Assembly: GCA_003427395.1 (NCBI GenBank)
Contig: BFEA01000030.1
Coordinates: forward strand, 1,471,499 to 1,535,498
From: Chara braunii
Taxonomy: Eukaryota > Plantae > Charophyceae
Length of the DNA stretch: 64,000 nucleotides
Direction of reading: 5' to 3'
The position numbers were made by a program, and so were the translations under genes. The notes beneath the pieces were generated by a model. It made no database searches, was not told the origin of the DNA, and worked only from the letters and a program-made list of their open reading frames with translations. Below, in pieces: positions 33,480 to 47,557 of the stretch. Positions within the stretch are counted from its first letter, which is position 1. The number at the start of each line of letters is the position of its first letter.

Positions 33480-36400
33480 AGTGACATTGTCTCTTTATAT
33501 GGTGGCAGCACCGGAGTTCGTCCCGGAGCTGAGCGGTTGTCTTCCAGTCTTTCTGTCATGGTCCCATAAGTGTCCTACCCAAAGCACCCCGTGTTTGACC
33601 CATCCTTTCCATGGGGCCGCCGAGCTGCATAGCACCTGACCATGGTGTAGGGTACTCCACCGATTTCCAAGGAGAGGCTGCCAGCACACCTCTTCCCATC
33701 GGTCCGGTGTTAGTTTGTCAGGAAGGGAGAGTCTTCGCCAACTCTTCAGGATTGTAGGCCAGAACGTTTCCGTGGGCTGGCCTTGGATTCCACGCAGAAT
33801 CGACTAGTAGGCCCGAGTAGGGGTCTTCCAACCACGTGAGGGGATGTACTTTTGGTGGTACAGACGGGGCCAGACGGGCTATGTGTTCAAGAGTTAGGGC
33901 CCTCCAAGGGCTCCTAATGGAGAGGATCAGCTTTTTTAGTCACTTCCGGCGAAGGGCCTGAACCTGTGTCGGCGGATCAATAATGCCTAGTCTTCCTGTT
34001 TGTTTCGGTTGGATGACCAACTCCCATGCCACTCCACTGATCACATTTGCGCGCTTGTCATCGCCCCGCCATAAGAAACCCGCCACTTCAGATTTGAGGG
34101 ATTGGAAGGCCGCACTACTTATCGGCCAGAGTACTGACTTATACCGTAGGGTGGCAAAAAAACACATTATTGAGTGTCAGTGTCGTCCCCATGATGGATG
34201 TTTGTTTATTGCGCCAGTCGGTCAGTTTGGTCAGGGTCAGGGCACTTATCCAGTTGTCACTGGAAGGTGGGCAACCCTGGACTGTCATAGATACCCCCAG
34301 GACACGCACCAAAGCCTCGTGGGGGAGCCAATGTATTGCGGGGTAGTGTGGTGGGCGCACCCCTTGATGGTGGATCCACCATCCTTGTGTTTTGCTTTCC
34401 CAGTTCACCACCATGTCGGGCATTGAGGCAACCGAAGATGAGGGTCGCGTTCTGCTTAGATTGCCGAGTGAACTGATTTACCTCGTGGACTGATAGGATA
34501 TTCTCTTGGATATGTCTGTATTGCATAAACCCCGTCTCCGAAGGGTGTATCAGATCCTCCAAGGTCGGGATCATCCTGTTTGCCAAAGCTTTAGACAACA
34601 TCTTGTAGACCATCTTGAGTAGGGTAATTGGTCGATAGTTCCTTATGTTAAAGTTATCCCCTTCCTTTTTTATATAATGCGGGCAGGACCCCTTGGCCCA
34701 ATAGTTTCCTCATCTCTCCAGTAAGTCAAATGTTCGTGTAGTAATCCATAAGATTCGAGTTCAGGCAATCCCACATTGTCTCTCAAAATTCATTTAGGAG
34801 CCCATCCGACCTAGGGGTCTTCTCCTCATTCATTTGCAGGAGAGCCATCCATATTTCATCCTTGGTTAAGGGTGCCTCCAACCTGTCTCTCTGTTCTGAG
34901 GAGAGTGCTCTGTTAATAGGTTGGAGGAACTCGTCTATTCGTTGTGCCCATTCTCCTTCATCGCACGGGGGTATGTGGGTGGCGAAAAGATCTTTGAAAA
35001 AGTCCCGGGTTATTTTAACACATTCTGCTGTGGTGAGGACCGGGTGGGCGTCTTCTCCCCATGGCCCATATAGTGCCTCCACAACTGTGCGTTTAGCCCT
35101 TGCACGGATGAGGCTAAAAAAATTGTGTCTATTGTGCCTTCAGTGAAATACTTGGATAACTTCCCTCGGATTCTGGCTCCTTGCCAGCGGTAGTGACCTT
35201 GTTGTAATATCTGGTCTTTTACTGTTTGTATCGATTGTGTGAGCTGCTCTGGGTTTTGCGGATCGGTTTGCTATTCTAGTTCTTGGAGCTGGTTCATAAG
35301 GTCAATTTCTTGTTGGTTACGTTGTCTGGCCAGTTGCTAGGAAAATTCACTGCATTTTTTGGCGAGAAAAAGGAGTCCATTATTGAGCCATGTCAGGTCA
35401 GAATCCAGCTCTGACTTACGTTCCTTCCAGTCTGCCCATGCTTGAGTGAGGTACTGCTGGAACGTGGTTAGGCGAAGCAACGAGGTATTCATCTTGTAGA
35501 AACCCGGTCCTTGGTCCGGTCTTTTCCTTAAAGGTCAGTGCCGCCATACACATCTTATGGTCCAACCCTGGATAGGGGTTGGACGGGAGGATTGCTGCTA
35601 ACGTGAGGCTGCTAGCGAGGGCCTCGAAGATTAGGATTAAATCGATTTTAAATTTAGAGAATCGGAGCGGTTTATTGTTGCGGAGGTACGTAAAGCAGAG
35701 ATGAGCAACGGGTACCCAGACACACACTCACCTGCCCCCATCCCACCCATGAGGCATTGGGTCAGGTGTAGGTCTTGATAAGTTGGCACGGGTGGGATGA
35801 GGGTGGGTCAAGGCGAGCCAGCCTGGGTGGGTGATGGGCGTGTCAATGTTAGGTCTGGGTCACCCGAATGGGTGGGTGACAGGCGGGTGAGCGCTAGGCC
35901 TGGGTCACCCGACTGACAGACCTAAGACAACCCATAAGAACACCCCCCCCCCTCTCTACCCCCCTCATACTTATTTTCCAGCTAGGGTCCACCTGTGGAC
36001 TTCAGAAGTTGTAGGCCCACGAAACGGAAAGTCTCTACCTTGGGGCCCCCTGGAAAAAAGAAAGTTGTGGTCCTTGTAAAACAAATGAGCGACCAGTGGA
36101 AAATTGAAATTTGGGATCCTCCTTGGAAAAATGTGTCGCGCTCTACCGATGGCAGCATGACCATGGCCCAACAATGAGATTTTTGCTCCCATTAAAACAA
36201 CGGGGATTGAACCTAACCACGACAGGTGGTAAGGTTTGCTCCCAAATTTCAAACTTGTGGAGCGCTTCGAATTTTTGTACTATCATCCAAGGACAGCACA
36301 AGGTGGAGATGCTTCAAATTTTTTCGCCGTCATCTAAGGATGTCATATTGTTGTGGTGCATGTAAATGTTCAAAGGGACTGAGGCAATGGGGAGCGGGCG

Positions 36401-38385
36401 GGTGCAGGTGGAAACTAATTAGGTATCGGGTGCGGGCGGATTATCTTGTTATCGCGGGTGTGGGTGGGTCAGGGTGAAGGTTTTTTACAGGTGACATGCA
36501 GGTTGGGCGTGGGAGGAAATTTTCGAAAAAACACGGGTGGGTTGGGTCACCTTGAGATTTATTTTTTTTATTTTTTTTAGGGCGGGCTGTACTAAGTCTT
36601 TTAAAAATATGGGTGGGTTGGCCCTGTTGGGTGAAGTGCCAATTAAAAAAACAAATGTTCATCTCTGATGTAAAGGCACGTTCCATGGGGAAAGTGCGTC
36701 AGAAGGTATCGAAGAGGGAAAGAGAGCCACATAGGCAGTTAATCATTTCTTCATCCTCTTCAGCCTCTCACAAGGTGGCAGGGAGAACTTTCCAGTGGTT
36801 TAGCCATTGATCAGGGGCTGCATTGAAGTCCCATGCCAAGATGACTGGGATGCCTTGCCGTACTTTGCTTTGGATTGCCTCGAAGAGCTCTTCCCTTTCT
36901 CGCGCAGTGTTGGGTGCATAAATGCGAAATATACATATCACTTCCAACTCCAATGCTCCCAATATTGATACCCAACGGTCTCCCTCTTAATCGCGCTCCC
37001 AATGTAATACCTCTAGGCGAGAGTCCGGGGCTACCCAAATTGTCGTTTCGGCCTTTGTCGGGCTCGGTGCATGCACTCGGTATGACTGGAACGGCCAGGT
37101 TGCCTTGTGCGTTTTATTGTGTTCCGGTGTGTCCAGCAGGTGTGTTTCCTAAACACAGACCACATCCGGCCAGCTCCGGCCTCCCACTTCCCTGAGTTGA
37201 TCCCATATTGCTTGAGTTTTGTCTGGATTGTGGGTGGTCAGGCCATTAACGTTAATGGACCGGAGGTCCAGGTCTGCGCTCCGAAGGGTGCACCTCCAGG
37301 TTCAGTTACGTCTATACATGGCCTCAATTCAGTCCATAACTGCTGCCAACCTTATTCTCGATCGTGATATTTAGTTCTTATAGTGGGTGTCATGAGTGCA
37401 TGCCCCATGCTACTCCATCGTTAACTATACTCTTTCGGATCGTGAAGCATAAACAGATTAGGATCTCTGTGTCAGACCAGGCGCGGCTGGGTCTTACCTT
37501 ATTTTGCTGCAGATCTTGCAACGAGTTGTGTGAGGCCCATATGAGATCCGCCTCTTTCCTTTCATCAAAGAGGACGCATAGGTCGTTGCCTGCTATCCTG
37601 CCAAAAAACAGAGCCAGAGTCTGCCCTCATTATGGCCTTTGCTCCTACTTCGTCCTTTACTCTGAACATGCCTCGCCTCTGCCCATCCTGCTGCAATCTC
37701 CATCCGTGTAGAGTGACCGCCCCCTGACAGGGGGCGTAATAGCATTCCTCTGCCAGGGAAAGACCCGCTGCCCATTGGTTGTTCTTTCTCCGGATTGGGA
37801 TCACTAGGACCTTATCCCCCAAGGGGAGAGGGACGTGCATCAACCCCTTCTCAATGAGATGTCACAGGCATGGTCGGCTCGACATCTCCATCTCCCTCTT
37901 GCCGTCTCTTTGATCAGTCGACAGCGCACCCGGTGGAGGTCCTTGCTAGGGGCCGGGGGGAGGGGTTTTTAGGAGGGGAGCAACAGGGAGGGTTGTCGGT
38001 GTTGTCGATGCTGAAGGGTTTGTGAAAATGGAAACAATATCCTTGGTCTGGGTCGTGTTCGCTCCCACTGCGGGGAGTGGGTGCTGGAACTGACTATGGA
38101 CAATACCCCAAACCCGGAGCCAAGTTTCTTGTGAGCTGGTCACTTGCGGTAACCCGTGCTCCAGGACCTACTTGAAGCCTGGACTGTTGTCTAACAGTTC
38201 GAACAGGTCGACATATACCTGGTCCTAGAAGCTCTCGAGAAGACGACTGTCGTGTGCATATTGGGACTTCAATAGTTTATGGAGCCATTCTGCCAGGGCC
38301 TTCATTCTATCCCAAATATCCCCTTGTGCCTCCGGTGCCAGATCATTCATGGTCACGTCTGGTGGAGGCGGGGAAGATGTCGAGG

Positions 38386-38456
<71 letters not shown>

Positions 38457-40350
38457 GCCTCCACTTCTATTGGTTGTGGCCCGAAGACCTGCTAGAATGG
38501 ATCTGTTGCCTGCGAGAGATTGAACGATTGCTGCATATTAGCCTGCAGCCCCGGTTCCTGCTCTTCTTCTGCTCTCTCCTTCTGAATCCTCGGGTGTGCT
38601 ATTGTCCGTCTGTGACTCCATTGTCCCTTCTCCAAAGATTGGCACAAGTCTGGGTTGCTTTGCATGAATCTCCTATCGCCTGTACAGGTCTATGCCCCCC
38701 AGCTGTTCGGGCGGAGTTGTGCTTTCTCCAAATTGTGTGTCGACCCCTACTGGTGCTGCTGCTGCCGCTACTATAACCTTTATCCCTCCCACAAGCACGC
38801 TTTGGCTCTCCTGTCGCCCGTACAGGTCTGTGCCCCCCAGCTGTTCGGGCCGTGTTGTACTTTCTCCACGTTGTGTCGACCCCAGCTGGTGCTGCTGCTG
38901 CCACTACTACAGCCTTTATCCCTCCCTTAGGGACGCTTTTTGATGCCCTTGTTGGTGTTTGTGCTCTTGCTAGCTTTTCCTATTTGTTTGGGGAGTGGGT
39001 TCTTTTTGGGGACTGTTTGCCATAGCTCTGTTGTATCTGTGTCCTTCAGGAAAGGGCCCGGTTGAGGTTCCTGCAGCAGTCTCGTGTCTGTGAAGGTCTG
39101 ACCCCTCTGTTGTGCCCCCAAATGCTCTTCGACTGAATGGGGAGGTATCCAGTGGTCCAGGGGCCTACTGTCCAGGTTCACAACCTCCTTTGTTTCCCAT
39201 TCCCACCCTCTAACTCCCCCACCCTCCTTGGGCTCATCAAGGTATACCTAACCTTCATGGCCCGGATCCAGTGTCCGCCAGCGTGTGGCTTAAAATGGAT
39301 CTTGAAGGAGGCGGCCTGTGGCCTTTATACGTCTACCGGGGTGGTGTGGGCATTTAGCTTATGAGACACTGTGTCCATACTGTTGACATTTGAAGCACCA
39401 AGGTCGTCGCTTATAGGCTGTATGTATCTTAAAGTCCTTGTCCCCGATTCTAAACGGGATTACGTCATCAATCTGAAAAATGTGGTCTGCTGGTATGTCC
39501 AAGGCCACCATCAGGTAATCGTCTCGTGGCGCCATGTGTGCAGGCAGGGGGTCAATGAAGTTGACAATATCATATTTTTGGGCAAGATCCTGAACAAACG
39601 CAGCTTGGATCTCCATCAGGATGTGGCTGTACTCTACCCAATAGTAGCTAGACATGAGTTGTTCCTTCTTTTCCTCCCTGCTCTGCCGCCGTTGGGGGGA
39701 CCATGGGTAGATTCGGATTTCAGATCGCCCACGGCGTACGCTTCGCCAAAAGTCCATCAATCTTTTATCGGCGTCAAACATACTAATGACTGTAAAGACC
39801 GATGACGAGACAGGCTGGATCATGAAAAAATCGCATGCCCCATCCTAACCGCTTTGAAGCACCACGAGTCTTTTCCGTATCCAGCCAATTTTGTCGTTGG
39901 AGGACTTATACGCGCCGACCGCAGCGTCGTCATAAAACACCCAATTGCTTGCTTGACGAGTGTATCGTTCATTTTGTTCTGCAATTTTGGCGTTCGGCAG
40001 CGCCAATTGCTTGCATGACGAGTGTATAGTTCATTCTGTTCTACAATTTTTACGCCCGACAACATTTTGACTTGACACTTCTTCCTCCCTTGATTCACCA
40101 AACGGTCCTCAATTTTGGTAAGAAACTTTGAAAGGAAAAAAACACCGGCAGTCGTTAGATTGTCCAGCGGAGTCTGGCAGGTTCGATATGTCGCTCTGTC
40201 ATCTCCTCGATGAATTGTCAGGGATTCCCCGTTGTCGAGCGCATCGGTCCCGTGAAGGGTGAGACCCTCCTGACCGCGTCACACAGGAGTTGGTAATTTC
40301 GCGATACTAATGGAGCTTCCGCAGCCACTCCGGCCAAGTGCGCCAACCAT
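33480..40350 (-). mobile_element. Second, divergent L1-like LINE (LINE-B), heavily decayed and 3'-truncated
   Basis: PWCFKCQQYGH knuckle, poly-Pro, IYAPN...AWDFN, KIDL, LDHKM, EKTPRSDGL, NYRPITLL, VNWESKTQGWW; RT core deleted at ~34435. Confidence 0.9.
35696..36667. mobile_element. Non-autonomous hAT (Ac/Ds-like) element inserted in the LINE-B endonuclease
   Basis: TIR CAGAGATGAGCA/TGTTCATCTCTG; 8-bp TSD ACGTAAAG/ATGTAAAG; GGGT/ACCC subterminal repeats. Confidence 0.92.
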
Positions 40351-41984
40351 ACCTCTCTCGCGAGCCCCTACCACAGGATAGGGCCTATGAGAGGTACAAC
40401 TTACTTCCACCTGCGGGAGAAGTCACCTCCCTTCGGTGGGCGTATCCCCGTTGAACTATTAGTCCACAATACGAAAGCTAATCAGTTGCAATCGCAGAGG
40501 TGGGTCAGCCGATGGCGTTTTTCATACGTTATAGCATAGGGGGTACGCGCGATCCCACGCCTCTATCGGACCCGCACGCCAACCGACACATTGGGGGGTT
40601 GAAGTCCCAAGCGTGACTCGTCGCCGGTCGACTATGACGCATCTCACTTTTCACGCGCTACAACACACAAAAAAACATAAATTAAAAAACGCACACTCAA
40701 ATAAACACAACAACACTCCTAGTCCCTTTAGTATCCAACCTTCTGATGCAGAAACCGGTTAAGCGACACGCAAAAGACTTAGCATAAAACCGCGAGGACG
40801 CAGGGTCTTCTCATATCGACTAGCAATACAAGCTTACGCTAGCAGTCACAATGATGGCGTACTATGTAGTACCCATAATCATGTAATCCTCGATGATCTC
40901 GAGTGCTGCATTCGACACTCAAGTGTCGGCTGATACGCGCCTTGAGGGGTTAATCGTTCGACGGTAGACAACCGCCTAAGGAGGTTGAACACCACACCCT
41001 CTTGTGCACCCTGCGAAGAGTGAGTGATACACAAGTTCATACATGTAGTGATAGTCGTCTCTTATTGCCCTGGAGACAAGCTCCATCATCTAGGGATTTG
41101 AGAGAAATCAAGGGGTCTGACTTTGACGGCTGCCACATACTACAACGTCCAACTATAATAATTCTAAAAAGCATAAGGGTAAAAGAGGATCTCCCTTTTC
41201 TCTCAAAGCATAATCTGTTTAACCCTTAAGCGTGGTTACAATTGGTCATGCAAATACTCATAACATATATATATATATATATATATATATTCGTATATAA
41301 AGGGTTATAAACACGAGACGATCACTTCTCACAGTTACAGTAAGACTCCCTAAAATCATATATATGAGATCGCATATAGACAAATTCAAAGTTCGAACCA
41401 CAAATATACATGTAATCCCATCAAAGATTCAACCAAAGGTCAATGCACTACACGGGGTCAACTTCAACCATTCTTTGCGCTCACACCCCTCACTTTAGCC
41501 ATACAAGCTTCACTCTTTGTGTAACTCCTCGAAATAAAATACTCATTATTTTTATTAAATGATCATTCAATAAAGTCCGGTTGGAAACTCAACAAAACAA
41601 TTCAAACCACAGGTTAAAGCCTTTAGGTTGAGTGACAAGAGTGAATTGGAGTTGAGTCGTAAACCGACGAATCGACAACCGGTTTGTTATCAGTGATAAC
41701 AAAAGATGATTCTCGTGGATTCAAACTGAATCTAATCTCAATCTTGAATAGAAATGACCAAGAGGATATGTAATACAAGACAGGTCAACGCGCAAGACTA
41801 AATTATCAGTGCATGAGAATAATTTTTTATAGCACATCCTTGTTCAAGATTCTCCTGTTAACTAAGTTTAAATCTTCCTCTAAGCAAGTGCCCAAAGAAA
41901 GGTAGGATTATGACAGAATCTTCCCTATTCAGGGTGGATGACCATAATCACCACCTGTTAAAATATAATTTATTTTTTTTTAAG

Positions 41985-42545
41985 TAAGAAAATTTTGGCA
42001 GTGCTTCCCATAGAAAAGATGCCTTTTCATAGTTTATATTAACTCTAATATGAAAAACTGAAATAATTTATAGCTCTAGACAGTTAAATTTTGTCTAACT
42101 TCCTTGATTAGTAAAAATTTGGGCAGCATCTCCTTTAGAGACGTAGACTTCCAAATTTATACCGACTCGGATATCAACTCAAACATAAGACTTGAGTTTT
42201 ATCAAGACAAAATTTAACTAACTCTTTAGATTTGTAGAAATTTCGGCAGCGGCTCCCGTATAGAAAATAATTTTCTAAAATTTATACAAAGCTAAGTTCA
42301 GAACCTGAAATAATCTTGACTTTTCAAAGTTAATTTTTGTTTAACTCCCTGAATTAGTAAACATTTGGACAACACTTCTCCTAGAAAAGAAGGTTTTCCA
42401 AATGTTTACTAAGCATGATAAAAAACTTAGACAAAAAGTCGAACTTTGAAACTTAGATTCGACTAACTCTTTGGTTTCGTAGAAATTTCGGCAGCGCTTC
42501 CGGTAGCGAAGTAGCTTACTAAAATTTATAGAAAGCCAAGTACAA
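41985..42545. repeat. Diverged AT-rich tandem repeat, ~122-125 bp x5
   Basis: A.AAATTT.GGCAGC core at about 41987, 42113, 42236, 42359 and 42481. Confidence 0.7.
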
Positions 42546-42803
42546 AAAATGATCCCAGAAAATGCGAGAATTAACCTACGTTGAAAAAAAGTTTGCTCAG
42601 AAAATGAAAAAAATTGAGTTAACTCCTATGACTCTGACACGTGGTGAGCAACTAAAGTAACTACCTGTCAAATTGAAACTCAGACTAAGCTCAACCACAT
42701 GCAATGCCAGAACCACAGCCCTAAGGTCAAACCTTGTCAAACAATAGTTCATATTTTTTCAATGATTTTTCCCTTATACCCAGCTTACATATGGCGTAAA
42801 GCT

Positions 42804-43475
42804 AGACCATCCAAACTTATGGAACCATGTCTAGCTCAGTCATTGGATATACACAAACATAGGGCACCATAACTTTTCTTAACTTTTCTCTTCTTTGGGC
42901 ATATGACTAGGCTATCCTGCCTTGTTGCCTAAACTATTTAAAATATCGAAGTTATATATAACTTTATGCACCTTAGTCTTTTAAGACAATATATGACTGA
43001 ACCGTTCAACTTAGAAACAAGGTTCAACTTGCCCCTTCTTACCACAAGTTTATTTTTAATTTATACTCTTTTCAGTTTGTGATAAGCTAAAGTCAGACCA
43101 TCCAAACTTATGGAAACATGTCTGACTAACCTGTTCATGAGTAAAATTGTATAAAAGTATAATCAAAATTTACTCTTTCTTGTTCCAGCATGTGCGTGGC
43201 TCCAGACCATACCATCCAAACTTATGGAAACATGTCTGGTCCTTCGCCCGATCCTCCCTCAGAATAAACAGAAAGAAGTTAGGGTCATCCAAAATTATGG
43301 AACAAGTGTTCAACTCCTTCTTTCAGAAACCAATGAATCTTAGAAACCCCAAATAAAACAAGGCAACCAAGTCATCCAAACGTATGAAAATTTGGCTGGT
43401 CCCTGAAAAACAAACACATGCAGCCCTAAAAAATTAGAGCAACCAAATATTCAAACTTATGAAAATATGTCTGGT
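42804..43475. repeat. Six irregularly spaced copies of ACCATCCAAACTTATGGAAACATGTCTGG
   Basis: Copies near 42805, 43096, 43211, 43284, 43371 and 43446. Confidence 0.75.
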
Positions 43476-46400
43476 CCTCCAGGCAATCAAAATAGACATA
43501 GCACTGGGCCGTTTAACTTAGTACAATGTCCAGTCTTTGGTTGACCCGGTCAAATGCAAACAATATTATCTTTCTCCCGCCTTTACTCCAGATACAAACC
43601 CTTTTCACAATCCGACTTCAGGCAAAACAACAAAAGCGAAACTGAGATTACTTACGCATTATTTTACTCAAGTCTGATTTGTGTCCTAAAAATTAAACTC
43701 AAAGCCAAATAGGAATGCATGCAGTACACTCAGTCAAACTGTAGCAAGATGTACAAATATGTGTTATAATCGGGTTTATAAAGGGAGATGAAGGTTTACC
43801 TCTCAGTTCCCTACCTCCAAAACTCCTTCCGAGTTCCCTCAGAGCTCCCGCAATCGATGGGCAGACTCTTCACAGAGCCTTGATGCGGTCCTACGGGTTG
43901 CAAGTCCGCCTGTCGCTTTCCTCTCTTAACCTCAGACTAGACTTAGAGTAAGAAGGATAGAATGAGGGGCTTCAGACTCTCGAGATACAGAAGGGGGACA
44001 ACTCAACTCTCAGGAGAGGGCCTTGATACCTTCATGCGCCGGAGGGGCCTGCAATGATGGTCAAAACGCGCAACAACTTGGTCAACTGAGGTCAAACTGA
44101 AGTCAGCTGTCTACCCCTGACTTTCAGGCGACTCTTCCATTCACCGCAATAGCTCCCTTTGTAAAGTTGGATCACTCCCCAAAGCCGCAATATCATTACC
44201 TCTGACCGAAACCTCGCTGTGCAGCCTTAAAGAGTCACGTTCGAATAATGCATAACCCTTGCTCTATTCGAATCTGACTTGCACTAGCTGCACATAGACC
44301 AATTGCAGTCACCGAGACACCGCAAAATCTAGCCCCTTAGACTGTAGGTGAGCTCCCCTCCGGATACCAGCTTCAATAGCAGGACATGAGCAGACCATGC
44401 ATGCCACTATCGTCCGCCTCTTCCGTCTCATTCGATTTGCTGCGAACAACACTCACTCACTCGAAGAGAGTGGGTGATAGTGAAATGATAGAAATCCAGA
44501 ACTTGAAATTCACTTTGGAGGTCGGAGGCCCAACGCCTTATTCAAAGCAGAAGTATACTGGTATTCCACCAGTCAGAAAACCGAGGCACCAAAATCAATT
44601 GTTAATGAAAAGATACTCTCACCACCATCAACACAGATATTTGGAGTCCTTCCTCCTACTCGGCACTCAATGCCCAGACTGGTATTACACAACTACTCGT
44701 AGCCTGCAAGTTGACATAACATCATGTTGACACCTACAACAACAACCGAAGTACATGAAGATGTTGACCTTGCATCCCAGTCGCCAAGACATAAGTGTAC
44801 ATGCCAGCGTTTATCTCGCTTTCTCCCCATACGCATCTGACTGTCGATCGCCCTTCCCTCTACCACGCTAAACATGTGAGCTCTTCAATAAACATTGAGT
44901 CGACATTAGCAGCAGCAACCGATGACCGCTCATACATTCTAGCCAGGCAAGTCTCTGCTCTTACTCCTTCTCACGCCTCTCTCTTTTTCTTTCTTCATGA
45001 TAGTAAAAACTCTTTCTCCTTGCCTCTTACTCCCCCTACCCGCTACCCTTCTCTTAATGCACCGGACCGACTATTTGGCCAGGTTCACATCATTCTTTCT
45101 GCTCTAACCGTATGGAGTCCGTCCCCACGTCCACATTCATCCTAATCCTTTCCCTCTCCTTTCTCTACTGCACTCGTTTCGCTCGCTGCCCAACCCTTAG
45201 TTTATGAGTGCACCTGGTCATCCTATATGCCAGGTTCGTTCAAAACTTTGAAGAATGACGATTACGAACGGGAAGGAAACGGAGATGAGGACAATGACCG
45301 CTGTAGGGCCGTACCCTGTTAGACTTTCGAGCCTGTGTCGATCTCATTGCGGGTCCCAGTTGGCTTTGCTCCGTCCACACTTATGCTCAGGGCGCAGAGT
45401 GTTCGTCACAGAGACACCCCTACCTAGTGCTTTGAGATGGATGGGGGTGAGCCATGTTGCGAGAAAGCTTTGACATTGGGGATGTAGCTCCGCCCTCTCG
45501 CTGGATGGTAGTCTCGCCAATCTTTTCGTCACACGCGGTTTTCTTGATACTTTGAGGTGTTATCATGCAATAGCTCCTTCTAATACTCAAGCAGTTCAGA
45601 GAGTTTATTGAAAGTTTGTCTTCTTTTATGCGTAGGCCAAGCGTTCTCCTTGGGCCGCGCATGCCTTCACTAAGCGGGGAGTCCTCAAAACCTTGTTGAG
45701 CCTGCGGCCGCCCTTCGGCCATCCTACGCATGCCGTTCATTGTCGCATACATCATGCATGTCTTTCTTTTGTCCAGCCTATGCATTTGTCCTATACACCC
45801 CTCAGTCTTTTCGGGGCCCCATCTTGCATATACGCTCAAATTTTTCATTTTAGTCTAGGCGGTCTTCTCGACCGCCTCATATCTTTGCAATTTGCTATAG
45901 CCGACTTTGTTTTGCACAAACATACTCAATAACTTATTCAAGTGCAAGGGTTGAGTCCACAACCCATTTGACCTCAGTCCCACTTTCTCTTTGCCGCCCG
46001 GCATACCCGGGACTCATTCCTGCTCAATGACTCTTTATGCTACTTACCTGCACATCCAACACAATTTATGCCCCATCCCCCACATGGGGTCAACACATCA
46101 TCCCTCCCACAAGCCTAAGTTCACTTTTCCTTAGCTCTTTGTGCTTTCCTTTCCGTTCCTTAGTCCAGGTCAATCTCTTCCCTTAGTCATGCAGTCGGGG
46201 TAATGATTGAGTCAATTGACCTTGCTTTAAGTACCAACTTTTTCTAGTCTCTTTTCGCACTTGCCTCCTTCCAATTTCGCAAGTGTCTTTTCCTTTCCTT
46301 CTTGGCGGCACAAGGGACCGATAACCCTCCCCTTGCCCCCTTTCTCCGCCAAGTAAGGACAAATTCCTTTCACCGTCACGGCGGTGGAGGAGGAAGACAC

Positions 46401-46573
46401 TTGCGAAAGGGGAGGGTTATCGGTCCTTTCACAGGACGAGGGAGGCGGCGGTGGAGGAGGAAGAAGTGGAAGAAAGAGAGAGAAAGGAGAAAGAGGATAT
46501 GGGAGGAGGGAGCGGAGAGGGAGTAAGAGAAAGGGGGAGAGAGAGAGGGAGAAAGAGGGACAGAGATAGAAAT

Positions 46574-46637
<64 letters not shown>

Positions 46638-46729
46638 CCTACTCCTAATCAACTTAACCCCTACTTGTCCCATCGTCCTATCTAAGGTTCTCTTTCTACA
46701 CCTTGCTTTGGTTATGGTATTTGGTTGGT

Positions 46730-47375
46730 GAATGAGATGGAGGGGGAAGTAGGGTGTGAGGCGGTTAGATATGGGGGATGGGTGAGGGAGATGGAGGAGG
46801 AAGATGGTGTGAGGTGGTTGGCTATGGCGAATGGGTGAAGAATATGGGGGAGGAAGATAGTGTGAGGTTGTTGGCCATGGTGGATGGGTGAAGGAGATGG
46901 AGGAGGAAGATGGTGTGAGGTGGTTAGCTATGGAGGATTGTTGAAGAAGATGGAGGAGGAAGATGGTGTGAGGTGGTTGGCTATGGTGGATGAGTGGAGA
47001 AGATAGAGCAGGAAGATGGTGTGAGGTGGTTGGCTATGGTGGATGGGTGAAGAAGATGGAGGAGGAAGATGGTGTGAGGTAGTTGGCTATGGTGGATGAG
47101 TGAAGAAGATGGAGGAGGAAGATGGTGTGAGGTGGATGGGTGAAGAAGATGGAGGAGGAAAATGGTGCGAGGCGGTTGGCTATGGCGAATGGGTGAAGGA
47201 GATGAAGGAGGAAGATGGTGTTAGGTGGTTTGCTATGGTGGATGGGTGAAGAAGATGGAGGAGGAAGATGGTGTGAGGTGGTTGGCTATGGAGGATGGGT
47301 GAAGAAGATGGAGGAGGAAGATGGTGTGAGGTGGTTGGATGAAGAAGATGGAGGGGGTAGATGGTGTGAGGTGTC
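46730..47375. repeat. 53-bp minisatellite, ~12 copies
   Basis: Unit GATGGAGGAGGAAGATGGTGTGAGGTGGTTGGCTATGGTGGATGGGTGAAGAA. Confidence 0.92.
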
Positions 47376-47557
47376 TGATGCTTCGTCCTACCCTAAGCGT
47401 CCGGCTTCGTCTCCCTAAGTTTTCCCTAGTTCCGGACTTCAAAAAAGTTCAGACTTGCAACATTAATCCTAGAGCAGATATGCAGAAAACACAGATTTCA
47501 GAAAACGCAGTCTTCGGGGATTTGCAGATTTTACAGATTTTTGTCGTTTTTGCCTAA

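Noticed and set aside
42804-43475. CRISPR-like spaced ~28-bp repeats
   Set aside because: Spacing is irregular (~73-290 bp), the repeats are degenerate, there are no cas genes and the context is eukaryotic TE sequence.
46098-46240. TRIM-like PBS-PPT cassette with two LTRs
   Set aside because: The sequences on either side are not homologous, so no LTR pair exists, and the PBS is degenerate.
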